Below, piece by piece: positions 45,266-53,621 of a DNA stretch of 53,908 nt. The notes below the pieces were generated by a model. The model did no database searches. It was not told the DNA's origin and was given only the letters and a program-made list of their open reading frames with translations. The position numbers and the translations under genes were made by a program. The stretch is from a virus (Duplodnaviria; Caudoviricetes): positions 1 through 53,908 of IMG/VR virus record IMGVR_UViG_3300025154_000129. One strand, written 5' to 3'. How positions within the stretch are numbered: the first letter of the stretch is position 1; every line of letters starts with the position of its first letter.

Positions 45266-46747
45266 CTAATCTACTCTCATTCGTCTTTGTATAAATTCTC
45301 TCATTGTCAGAAATTCCCAGTTATTATCTCTGTAGATTTTCATCCTTTCTTCAAAGTGAGCTTCAAACCATCTGTGGATGTTGTCTTGGTACTCGACTAT
45401 CAAAACTTCATTCTTGTCCTTCGTTTTTCTTGTCCCTCTCCCCACAGTCTGCAAAGTCATGATTTCCGATTTACCGCCCGAGGCGTTCAAGATACAGTCT
45501 ATAGCAGGGATATCAATTGCTTCTCTCCATACTACATTAGCGATACAACATTTGATTTCCCCTGTTTTGAAAACTTTTTTGAACTCTTCTCTGGTATCAT
45601 CACTCAAGTTACCATGAACGAAAGGAACATAAGTGTCTGATACTTCTCGGAACATATCTCGAATAATTTTCCCATGCTCTACCCGAGATACCATGACAAG
45701 AGTATTCAGATTGTTTTCTGTCAAGAATTTGATATCCTTGACAATTTCTTGATTTCTCAAAAAGTTCTCAACTACCCCTCTGTTGTACGCCTCAATGTAG
45801 TTTTTTACAGATCGAATGCGAACGGTTTGAGGAACTTCTCTAACGCAGATTTTGGGAGAAGCTAATATTCCTAACTCTTCTCCATCTGCTATTGAGACTT
45901 CAGCAACAACAGGACCGAACATAGCTTCAAGAGCCATCATCTTTTCGTCTGTATCAGGTAGAGTAGCTGTGAATGCTAAACGAATAGGAGCAGGGATTTG
46001 TTCAAGTAAGGTGAAGTATTGGGATTTTCTGGAATTACAGTGATGGCCCTCATCAAGTAAGATAACCTCTACGTTTTTGAAATGTTCGATTTCTTTTTCT
46101 AAGGATTGTCGTGTAGCAAGAACGATCCTTTCTCCTTGCCAAGTTTTAACTCCCGCCCCTAATATGCCAAACTTGAATTTGAACTCTTTCAAGTCTGAGG
46201 CAAGTTGAAGCAATAGTCCCTTTTTGTCACAAAGGAACAGAATCTTTTTATCAGGGAATGCAGACATGATTCCCATAATGACAATGCTCTTCCCGAAACC
46301 CGTAAAAGCTTTGATGATTCCTCTTTGGTTCTTTACTGCTTGATCTACCAGAGCCAATTGATCCGCTCTGAAGTTCTTGAAAACTCTACCGTCTGAGAAT
46401 ACAGTGATAGGTAGAAAAGGATCTTTGAAAGGGATTCTTGGTTTTGCGTTTGTTACTCTGACTTCCATTTCATTTTGAGAACAGAACTCGACAAGTCTAG
46501 GTAGTAGACCTGTGTGAAAGTACAAAGCTCTGCCTGTTTTTTTCATCATAGATTTGATGGACTTCTCTTTGCTTCTTGATCCGAATCGGTTAGGGAGCCA
46601 AACCTCTGTTTCGTAGCTCAGTCCTGATTTTATGTAAGGGGCAAGTTTAGGATCAGTAGCACACCAAATAGGGTTTACTATCGTGACAGGGATCTCAAGT
46701 ACATCCTTACTTCCCTCTTCGCTTCTCTTATCTTGTCTCTCGTCCAT
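45266..46747 (-). CDS. SF2 helicase (UvsW-like); start uncertain
   Basis: Q motif, TGFGKS, DEGH, TAT, IDIP, QTVGRG.R. Confidence 0.88.
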   Translation of the reverse strand: MDERQDKRSEEGSKDVLEIPVTIVNPIWCATDPKLAPYIKSGLSYETEVWLPNRFGSRSKEKSIKSMMKKTGRALYFHTGLLPRLVEFCSQNEMEVRVTNAKPRIPFKDPFLPITVFSDGRVFKNFRADQLALVDQAVKNQRGIIKAFTGFGKSIVIMGIMSAFPDKKILFLCDKKGLLLQLASDLKEFKFKFGILGAGVKTWQGERIVLATRQSLEKEIEHFKNVEVILLDEGHHCNSRKSQYFTLLEQIPAPIRLAFTATLPDTDEKMMALEAMFGPVVAEVSIADGEELGILASPKICVREVPQTVRIRSVKNYIEAYNRGVVENFLRNQEIVKDIKFLTENNLNTLVMVSRVEHGKIIRDMFREVSDTYVPFVHGNLSDDTREEFKKVFKTGEIKCCIANVVWREAIDIPAIDCILNASGGKSEIMTLQTVGRGTRKTKDKNEVLIVEYQDNIHRWFEAHFEERMKIYRDNNWEFLTMREFIQRRMRVD

Positions 46748-46992
46748 TTCAGTTCCTTTTTTGCAAGTTCCATCAAGTTTTGTGGTTCAACCTCTTCAAA
46801 GTCTTCCGCTTTTTTTAGGCAGAAAGACATTAAGGTTTTGGCTTTCTTAGAAAGTTCAGGCTTGTTTATTTCCTCTTGTAGTATCAAGAGAGTTTCTGGA
46901 TCAAGACATTCAGATTGAATATCTTCCAATCTAGGGGAGAAAGTCTCCTCTGATTTCCATAGAATCTTGTAAGCGATTTCAAGATTGGTCAT
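46678..46992 (-). CDS. Hypothetical helical protein
   Basis: 104 aa; PE..L..LS..AK, W....I..A..EV. Confidence 0.5.
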   Translation of the reverse strand: MTNLEIAYKILWKSEETFSPRLEDIQSECLDPETLLILQEEINKPELSKKAKTLMSFCLKKAEDFEEVEPQNLMELAKKELKWTRDKIREAKREVRMYLRSLSR

Positions 46993-47317
46993 TTCTCCTT
47001 CTCCTCACTATTACAGGTTCTTGATTGTTTCTTACACCTCTACGGGAAGCAACAAGATCATGGAATTGAGGACAGTTGATGCAAGTCTCTTCTTTTTGTT
47101 TGTACTTGTGGAAACAAACTTCCACTTTCATTCTGTACCCTGTGTTGTCGCAGAAAAAGTAGTTATGAATAGCAAAGTGTTTACAGGTTTCTTCATTTTC
47201 TGTGATAGGCTGTTCTTTGAAAGGACATAGCCGTAGGTGTGCATCGAATTCGTCTGTTCTTCGGTATCTCTTGGGTGTAGTCTCCCAATGCTCGCAATAT
47301 CTGCATATTTTTGCCAT
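46979..47317 (-). CDS. Cys-rich hypothetical protein
   Basis: CRYCEHW and further Cys pairs. Confidence 0.6.
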   Translation of the reverse strand: MAKICRYCEHWETTPKRYRRTDEFDAHLRLCPFKEQPITENEETCKHFAIHNYFFCDNTGYRMKVEVCFHKYKQKEETCINCPQFHDLVASRRGVRNNQEPVIVRRRRNDQS

Positions 47318-47326
47318 TTATTCCTC

Positions 47327-47704
47327 CTATTTTTCGGTTAGAATGTTAAGTATTTCTTCAGGTTCTATGTATTCTCTGATAGAATCACTTTCGGAGTATG
47401 CTGTAATAAGGGAATAACCAGAATCATTTTCAAGACAATTGCCATGCTGTTCTTGATATTCACAGCCTTCGCAAAAATTGGGATCGTCGTAGAATAAGAC
47501 GCAGAATGGACATAACGCAGAATCTTTGTAATATTTGTTATTGATGTTGTCTATCATAACGGAAATTGCTTCCTCAGCTTTTCCGTCAGTCAAAGAGCGC
47601 AGAGCTTTTGCGTCTTCTTCATTGAAGAAAATCTTTTGGAATTCTTCAGGCAAACAAGATTGTTTGTATTCCATGACTTTTATAAGTCGCTCTTGGTTTG
47701 TCAT
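47327..47704 (-). CDS. Cys-rich hypothetical protein
   Basis: CPFC..C.GC.Y...HGNC; start MTNQE. Confidence 0.6.
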   Translation of the reverse strand: MTNQERLIKVMEYKQSCLPEEFQKIFFNEEDAKALRSLTDGKAEEAISVMIDNINNKYYKDSALCPFCVLFYDDPNFCEGCEYQEQHGNCLENDSGYSLITAYSESDSIREYIEPEEILNILTEK

Positions 47705-47909
47705 TTCTTTTTTTTCCTTTCTTTTGTTGGGAAGCGTCGAATGCTTTTTTGAATCTTTTGCCAGGAGTGGTATCATAAAGGACATAGTAAGAACAAACAC
47801 CTGAGGCTTCGATATACCCTCTGTCTCCGGGGTATAGTCTACTCTTGCATTTAGGACAGAACATTGAATGCTCGATCATCATTTTCTCATCCCCTTTCAG
47901 GGATATTTT

Positions 47910-48152
47910 TTATTTCAGGTTGCGTCGTTTTTTCATTTCTTTGTAATCAACAATGTCGCCTGATGGTATCATTTTGAACATTCCATCTTCCAAGGGATCG
48001 CAACCGTAATCTTCTCCCGGTATTCTTACTATGGGTTTAGCAATGTAAGTCTCGGGATCTTTCCCCATAGAAAAAGCCATGAGTCTTGTCTGGCCATCAC
48101 CTGTAGTATGATCAAAAGGATATAAGTGCTTGGGTTTTTTATTCTTGCTCAT
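47910..48152 (-). CDS. Hypothetical protein
   Basis: Start after the GGGAGAATTAAAATG leader; DYGCDPL.DG.FKM.PSGD. Confidence 0.6.
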   Translation of the reverse strand: MSKNKKPKHLYPFDHTTGDGQTRLMAFSMGKDPETYIAKPIVRIPGEDYGCDPLEDGMFKMIPSGDIVDYKEMKKRRNLK

Positions 48153-48230
48153 TTTAATTCTCCCTTCTAGTTTCATGCTATTAACTGTAATCTATAATAG
48201 CATGAAACTAGATTACAAGATAGATTTTTA

Positions 48231-48455
48231 TTACTTTCCAAACACCGAGTCTTGACATTCTTGGCACATTCGGGATATAGCAAATTCCTTTCTACTGAGA
48301 TCATCTCGGAAATCTTCAGGGGATATTTTTCTGCTCCCACAAGTAACACAAACCAAGTCTGTCCGAGATCTGCCAAAAACATTGATTGCAATATTGTTCA
48401 GAAAAGTTTCTATGTAAGGACTTTTTTCTGACTTGGGAATTTCTTTCTCGCTCAT
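48231..48455 (-). CDS. Small zinc-finger protein
   Basis: CVTCG..FRD.LS.KEF.IS.MCQ.CQD.VF. Confidence 0.75.
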   Translation of the reverse strand: MSEKEIPKSEKSPYIETFLNNIAINVFGRSRTDLVCVTCGSRKISPEDFRDDLSRKEFAISRMCQECQDSVFGK

Positions 48456-48529
48456 GTCTCAATCTTGCTTTCTTCTCATCTCTGAGATAGCTAGGAAAAT
48501 TAAATCCTTGCCCCTTCCTTCGATTTTCT

Positions 48530-48871
48530 CTAAGAGAATGAACTTTGACTCATCTCTCTTTTTGAGAGAAAGGATACATCTAAGTTTTTCTCTTGTATCC
48601 TCTTCATTGTACTGAGAAAGAAGTTGATGTCCTTCCACACAGCATCAATTTTCTTGTATCTCTTACCAAAAACAGTCTTTGCCGCTCCTTTTTCTGAGAT
48701 AATTTCTGAGATCCTGTAGTGACCTTTTCCGTTTCCGTCAAGAAACCAAGCTCCTACGTTATACGCCCAGATCCCTTCTTCTTTCTCAATGTAAACGTCT
48801 GTTTCTTTTCCAAAGAGTTCCGCAAACTCCTTGAATTTATTTTCCATCCTTTGGTTCTTTTTCCTCCTCAT
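48530..48871 (-). CDS. Hypothetical protein
   Basis: ORF in the co-oriented early cluster; start uncertain. Confidence 0.45.
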   Translation of the reverse strand: MRRKKNQRMENKFKEFAELFGKETDVYIEKEEGIWAYNVGAWFLDGNGKGHYRISEIISEKGAAKTVFGKRYKKIDAVWKDINFFLSTMKRIQEKNLDVSFLSKREMSQSSFS

Positions 48872-49199
48872 TTTCTCTCCTCTCTTTTTTAAGAACCCAT
48901 TCCATCGCTTCTTTCAAACTATTTTTCTTTTCTACTATCATACCCTCTGAGCCACTTCTTAATGAGATGATCAAATAATTATTAGTAATCTCAAAAGGGT
49001 ATTCTCTAATGTTAAATTCTCTTTTCTCTGTTTTCCACTGTTTGTGTTCTTTGTCGTAGGTATATCCCAACGTGAATTTCTCTTTCATGATTATCCTCCT
49101 AGCATGTCCAGAAAATTCAAACTTCTGTTTCTTTTGACAATGACAGGTTCCTCTTTTTTCTTTTCTTGTGATTTTGTCCATAGGTACACTTCCCAACAA
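48837..49199 (-). CDS. Hypothetical protein (start probably MKEKF)
   Basis: ORF in the early cluster with an internal AGGAGG RBS. Confidence 0.45.
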   Translation of the reverse strand: MLGSVPMDKITRKEKRGTCHCQKKQKFEFSGHARRIIMKEKFTLGYTYDKEHKQWKTEKREFNIREYPFEITNNYLIISLRSGSEGMIVEKKNSLKEAMEWVLKKERRENEEEKEPKDGK

Positions 49200-49450
49200 T
49201 CTTGCAGAGTTCCCAGAGTAATCCTGATAATTTTTGTTGTTGTTTTAGAATCATCGGGGACAGGGAGAAGTACGTCTTTGCTGGAAGGCTTGATAGTCAT
49301 TCCTGTTCTAGCTTTGACGTACTTCAAAAATTCCAGATCATCCCAATCAAAATCGTATTCAGTTATTTTGACTAGAATGTCTGGTATTTGGCAAATAGTT
49401 ATAGGTTGTGGTCTTTTCCATCTTGTTTGACGGAATACAGAGTGAGCCAT
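49091..49450 (-). CDS. Hypothetical protein
   Basis: ATG after GAGGAG; co-oriented. Confidence 0.55.
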   Translation of the reverse strand: MAHSVFRQTRWKRPQPITICQIPDILVKITEYDFDWDDLEFLKYVKARTGMTIKPSSKDVLLPVPDDSKTTTKIIRITLGTLQDCWEVYLWTKSQEKKKEEPVIVKRNRSLNFLDMLGG

Positions 49451-49454
49451 ACTA

Positions 49455-49652
49455 CTACTCCTCTTTTTTATACAGGTATTTTACAAAGACATAGCGCCAT
49501 CCATCAAAGTGCCGAAGGTAAGCAAGATCGACTTTGCCCTTCAGATTGCCCTTGTAAAATAACTCTGCTTTTTTCACAGTCATTTCCTCGGTTACTACTT
49601 TAATCTTTCCTTCCTCCATTTCAGGAGTTTTGAAACATAGCTGAACTCTCAT
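49455..49652 (-). CDS. Hypothetical protein
   Basis: Starts at the repeated GAGAGAAAGGAGAATTAAAATG leader. Confidence 0.65.
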   Translation of the reverse strand: MRVQLCFKTPEMEEGKIKVVTEEMTVKKAELFYKGNLKGKVDLAYLRHFDGWRYVFVKYLYKKEE

Positions 49653-49710
49653 TTTAATTCTCCTTTCTCTCTCATTGTTAATTTCCTACTTCTAGCTTAT
49701 TCTAGTGCAG

Positions 49711-49741
49711 GAGAGAAAAGGCAGCGAAGCTGCCCTCTCTC
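49711..49741 (-). terminator. Intrinsic terminator, copy 1
   Basis: GGCAGC-TTC-GCTGCC followed by TTTTCTCT on the minus strand. Confidence 0.75.
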
Positions 49742-49748
49742 TTACACA

Positions 49749-50618
49749 CTAGACCCAAGCAGGATTTCTATTCTCAGTAATCATAAACAAATCCCAGAGG
49801 GTCTTGTCAACAATCTTGTTATACTCTGCCCTTGCAGGATCGACAATCTTGTCAAACTCTGCCCTTGCAGCATTGACAATCTTGTCACGCTCTGCCCTTG
49901 CAGCATTGACAACCTTGTCAAACTCTGCCCTTGCAGCATTGACAATCTTGTCAAACTCTGCCCATGCAGCATTGACAATCTTGCCAAACTCTGCCCTTGC
50001 AGCATTGACAATCTTGACACACTCTGCCCTTGCAGGATCGACAATCTTGCCAAACTCTGCCCTTGCAGGATCGACAATCTTGTCAAACTCTGCCCATGCA
50101 GCATTGACAATCTTGTCAAACTCTGCCCTTGCAGGATCGACAATCTTGTCAAACTCTGCCCTTGCAGGATCGACAATCTTGTCACGCTCTGCCCTTGCAG
50201 GATCGACAATCTTGTCACGCTCTGCCCTTGCAGCATTGACAATCTTGTTATACTCTGCCCTTGCAGCATCGACAATCTTGTCAAACTCTGCCCTTGCAGC
50301 ATCGACAATCTTGTCACGCTCTGCCCTTGCAGCATCATTCAACAACCCTACAGGGCATCCCATGCCTCTAAACTTTCCCGCTTTGATCGCTTCAACGATT
50401 TCAGCGGGAAAGTTTAGAGGCGTACTGAAATCAGTACACTCTCTCTGTACCCCACCTTCAAAACCCCCATAGAACCAACGCAATGCACCATGGCCTACAA
50501 GATCATCATCGTCCCCGCAATGCTCGCGGAGTTCGATGCCTCTCTTGCTCGCCAAGTCCGCCGATGTTAGAAAATAATTCTTACCGTCTTTTTCAATCCA
50601 AGAAACAAATTCACACAT
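49749..50618 (-). CDS. Hendecad-repeat protein, 16 units of [DN][AP]A[RW]AExxK[IV]V
   Basis: MCEF.SW N-domain, 16 x 33-bp tandem repeat, conserved C-tail ENRNPAWV; strong RBS. Confidence 0.85.
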   Translation of the reverse strand: MCEFVSWIEKDGKNYFLTSADLASKRGIELREHCGDDDDLVGHGALRWFYGGFEGGVQRECTDFSTPLNFPAEIVEAIKAGKFRGMGCPVGLLNDAARAERDKIVDAARAEFDKIVDAARAEYNKIVNAARAERDKIVDPARAERDKIVDPARAEFDKIVDPARAEFDKIVNAAWAEFDKIVDPARAEFGKIVDPARAECVKIVNAARAEFGKIVNAAWAEFDKIVNAARAEFDKVVNAARAERDKIVNAARAEFDKIVDPARAEYNKIVDKTLWDLFMITENRNPAWV

Positions 50619-50710
50619 TTTAATTCTCCTTTCTCTCTGGTTTGGGTTTGATACTTCGCCTCACAACACTTGAGCCTGACGAACGGTGTTTTGCTCGCAG
50701 GCTCCTTGCG

Positions 50711-50908
50711 CTAAGAGGCAGGATTCAATCTTGCGTTTATCAGAGACAATCGGAATCTGAAAGCATCTGTTTCTTTTCCAAAGTATGCAATAATACCTGT
50801 TTCGTCTGTAACAGCGTGCCAACTTTGTATTGCAGAGTCAGACATTTCGTTTTCCCATTGGTAAGGATCTATGACCGAAATTTCTTCCAAAAGATCATTC
50901 AAGTTCAT
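50711..50908 (-). CDS. Hypothetical protein
   Basis: W.AVTDE.GIIAYF..E.DAFRFRL..IN..LN; AAGGAG RBS. Confidence 0.7.
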   Translation of the reverse strand: MNLNDLLEEISVIDPYQWENEMSDSAIQSWHAVTDETGIIAYFGKETDAFRFRLSLINARLNPAS

Positions 50909-50921
50909 CTAATTTCTCCTT

Positions 50922-51125
50922 TCAATAACTCACTTTTCTGTAAAGAAGGTCATCGAACAGAACCATAATTTCCCCTGTTTCTGTGATAACCGCTCTACTG
51001 TTCACGTCACTTACAACATAAGCCCTAGACCAGCGAAGTCCTCCTTCTTTTGATCCTTCAAGTTCGTAAACATCATCCCCAGGCATCAAATTTTCCCATC
51101 GAACTTGTTCATAATGGGACATCAA
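50922..51125 (-). CDS. Hypothetical protein
   Basis: AAGGAG RBS, coupled to the upstream gene. Confidence 0.55.
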   Translation of the reverse strand: MMSHYEQVRWENLMPGDDVYELEGSKEGGLRWSRAYVVSDVNSRAVITETGEIMVLFDDLLYRKVSY

Positions 51126-51310
51126 TTCTCCTTTTTCAGTATAGCTTCGACAGTAGTTCGATAGGAAAGTTCAGGATCGGGAGTGCAGGGGATCTGATCT
51201 TTCCCTTCTTTCCAGTGCTCGATCAAACGATCCCAAAACTCTGCCGTTGCTTCCAGATCCTCTTGACTAACATCTTCAAACGATCCGTCCTTCAACTGCA
51301 CTCTTTCCAC
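51122..51310 (-). CDS. Hypothetical protein
   Basis: AAGGAGG RBS, GTG start. Confidence 0.55.
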   Translation of the reverse strand: MERVQLKDGSFEDVSQEDLEATAEFWDRLIEHWKEGKDQIPCTPDPELSYRTTVEAILKKEN

Positions 51311-51346
51311 TCTATTCCTCCTTCTATTCTCCTTTAAGTTATTTGC

Positions 51347-51847
51347 CTACTCTATGAGCCGTTCTTGATGGATGATTTTTGCTTCTCTTGCCTTCTTGCC
51401 AAACTGTTCTACAAATGAAGACAAATCTCTAACCAGTCCTTGCAGATGTGGAATGTATTCATCAAACAACCACATCATACTTTCTTTTGCTTCTTCCAAA
51501 GATATTTCAGGGTCTGCACAAGGAACTTTCTTAAATCTGGGCGCTCTCCTTTTTATCTGAGATTCATCTTTTCCGTTATTTTCTTTTCGTATAGCAGGAG
51601 GGCGAGAAACAAAAGCTCGGTCGATGTTGTCCAGTTCAGCTCTTTCAGGACATCTGTAAATATCTTTACCATCCATAGTGATAACACCTGTTCGACTTAT
51701 GTTTCTGAGATAGGCTGATACAGTGGCGTAGTTGCCCCCGCTGTATTCGTGGACTTCTTTGGTAGTGAATCGTCTTACCCCTTTAAGCTCTACAATTACT
51801 TTGAGGGAGTCAATAGTCCTGTCAAGAACGGTACCCTTTCTTATCAT
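51347..51847 (-). CDS. Winged-HTH-like protein
   Basis: FTTKEV....GGNYATVSAYLRN....GVI...G..Y; starts at the repeated leader. Confidence 0.6.
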   Translation of the reverse strand: MIRKGTVLDRTIDSLKVIVELKGVRRFTTKEVHEYSGGNYATVSAYLRNISRTGVITMDGKDIYRCPERAELDNIDRAFVSRPPAIRKENNGKDESQIKRRAPRFKKVPCADPEISLEEAKESMMWLFDEYIPHLQGLVRDLSSFVEQFGKKAREAKIIHQERLIE

Positions 51848-51905
51848 TTTAATTCTCCTTTCTCTCTCATTGTTAATTTCCTACTTCTAGCTTATTCTAG
51901 TGCAG

Positions 51906-51936
51906 GAGAGAAAAGGCAGCGAAGCTGCCCTCTCTC
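51906..51936 (-). terminator. Intrinsic terminator, copy 2
   Basis: Same hairpin as 49711-49741. Confidence 0.75.
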
Positions 51937-51943
51937 TTACACA

Positions 51944-52582
51944 CTAGACCCAAGCAGGATTTCTATTCTCAATAATCATAAACAAATCCCAGAGGGTCTT
52001 GTCAACAACCTTGTCAAACTCTGCCCTTGCAGGATCGACAATCTTGTCAAACTCTGCCCTTGCAGGATCGACAACCTTGTCAAACTCTGCCCTTGCAGGA
52101 TCGACAATCTTGTCAAACTCTGCCCATGCAGCATTGACAATCTTGTCACGCTCTGCCCATGCAGCATCGACAATCTTGTCATACTCTGCCCTTGCAGCAT
52201 ACCTAACCTTGTCATACTCTGCCCTTGCAGCATTGACAATCTTGACACACTCTGCCCTTGCAGGATCGACAATCTTGTCAAACTCTGCCCTTGCAGCATC
52301 ATTCAACAACCCTACAGGGCATCCCATGCCTCTAAACTTTCCCGCTTTGATCGCTTCAACGATTTCAGCGGGAAAGTTTAGAGGCGTACTGAAATCAGTA
52401 CACTCTCTCTGTACCCCACCTTCAAAACCCCCATAGAACCAACGCAATGCACCATGGCCTACAAGATCATCATCGTCCCCGCAATGCTCGCGGAGTTCGA
52501 TGCCTCTCTTGCTCGCCAAGTCCGCCGATGTTAGAAAATAATTCTTACCGTCTTTTTCAATCCAAGAAATAAATTCACACAT
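51944..52582 (-). CDS. Hendecad-repeat protein, 9 units
   Basis: Paralog of 49749-50618; start set at ATG 52582 after the shared leader (212 aa). Confidence 0.85.
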   Translation of the reverse strand: MCEFISWIEKDGKNYFLTSADLASKRGIELREHCGDDDDLVGHGALRWFYGGFEGGVQRECTDFSTPLNFPAEIVEAIKAGKFRGMGCPVGLLNDAARAEFDKIVDPARAECVKIVNAARAEYDKVRYAARAEYDKIVDAAWAERDKIVNAAWAEFDKIVDPARAEFDKVVDPARAEFDKIVDPARAEFDKVVDKTLWDLFMIIENRNPAWV

Positions 52583-52683
52583 TTTAATTCTCCTTTCTCT
52601 CTCGTTTGGGTTTGTTGGATCATACACTAGATCCGTTCTAGGGCATGAAGGAAAGCATAATTTCTTATGCTCTCCCTTATAAC

Positions 52684-52902
52684 CTAGCTTGCCATGCTAA
52701 TCAAAAACTGCCGATCTTTTCTTCTGAAGTGGACTTTGAATGGTTTCATCTCATACCAAGAACTTTGACCTGATCCGTTCCTGATATTATCACAGATTTC
52801 ACAAAGTTGCTTTTGTTGTTCCGCGATGCAGTTCTTTTTTGATACTAATCCGAGTGAATTGACATACTTCAGACAATCATCAAAAGACTCGATTAGGATC
52901 AT
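52684..52902 (-). CDS. Hypothetical protein
   Basis: ATGA overlap with the upstream gene. Confidence 0.55.
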   Translation of the reverse strand: MILIESFDDCLKYVNSLGLVSKKNCIAEQQKQLCEICDNIRNGSGQSSWYEMKPFKVHFRRKDRQFLISMAS

Positions 52903-53621
52903 GACAGCTCCCTTCTTCTTTCACCTGCAATAGGCTTCGTAAGAGAAAGTTTGCTCCCTGCTTCAGCTCCTCTCATCCAAGCCTCTCTTGATCCGGATGC
53001 TTTCCAAGGTCTTCCTGTTTTCACATTAGGAAACTCTTGTTTCAGGTACTTATCGACCGTATCTTTTTTAACCACGATCAGAGCTTTGCACGTTGAAATT
53101 TCGTTCCTTCTTTGGTACATGTCAGCAAGTCTCCAAGTGATCTTTGTTACCATCCCTTGCTTGAAAGATTCTCTGTCTTTTCCTTCTCTGGGAACTTCGA
53201 TTTTACTGATTTTCCCGACAGACCTTCTTACATACAAGTGCATCCACTTTGCGATTTCAACGTCGCCTTTCTGGCCTATGAAAATGATGCCCCACTCACC
53301 CCAAGTCCCTCCGTACTTTCTGTTTAGGGTGATACAGTCGAAAGCTTTTGAGATGCCTGCAGCGAGAACAGATTCCCACATCTGGAATTTGCCCATTCCT
53401 CCTACTACTTCGTTGCACATTCCTTTCATCAATGCTTCCTCTTGGGTCATAGGAGATCCATTTTCAGGAATGTCAAGCATTGATAAAGAATATTTCTCCA
53501 TGATAGAGGTTGCTTTCTCCATTGCAAGTTGCGCCTCATGTTCATTCGGCGATGTAGCAAGGGCAAGAAGTTTCTGGAGAAGGTTTGTGATTTTGGTTTT
53601 CTCTTCCGGTGAAAGTTTCAT
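52899..53621 (-). CDS. DUF2786-domain protein
   Basis: KI...LQKLLALATSPNEHEAQLAMEKA...MEKY; FIG...DV; SF..G; G..AG. Confidence 0.85.
   Translation of the reverse strand: MKLSPEEKTKITNLLQKLLALATSPNEHEAQLAMEKATSIMEKYSLSMLDIPENGSPMTQEEALMKGMCNEVVGGMGKFQMWESVLAAGISKAFDCITLNRKYGGTWGEWGIIFIGQKGDVEIAKWMHLYVRRSVGKISKIEVPREGKDRESFKQGMVTKITWRLADMYQRRNEISTCKALIVVKKDTVDKYLKQEFPNVKTGRPWKASGSREAWMRGAEAGSKLSLTKPIAGERRRELS

Larger units (their letters stand above)
49650..50650 (-). repeat. Cassette repeat copy 1 (leader + repeat gene + terminator + leader)
   Basis: Near-identical to 51845-52613 and 53619-53908 outside the 33-bp array. Confidence 0.95.
51845..52613 (-). repeat. Cassette repeat copy 2
   Basis: Left end offset 2195 bp from copy 1; 231 bp (7 units) shorter. 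Confidence 0.95.

Noticed and set aside
26380-46747. Inteins or introns in Pol, DnaB, primase or helicase
   Set aside because: ORFs are continuous and of normal length, with no intein C/S...HN splice motifs or LAGLIDADG blocks seen
49808-50335. 33-bp repeats as a CRISPR array
   Set aside because: Units are head-to-tail with no unique spacers, keep a reading frame with an RBS, and no cas genes are present
49781-52436. Alternative-frame and antisense ORFs over the repeats (49781-50338, 49804-50472, 51749-52381, 51976-52302, 51999-52436)
   Set aside because: Expected by-product of a stop-free 33-bp unit; they lack the RBS that marks the MCEF frame
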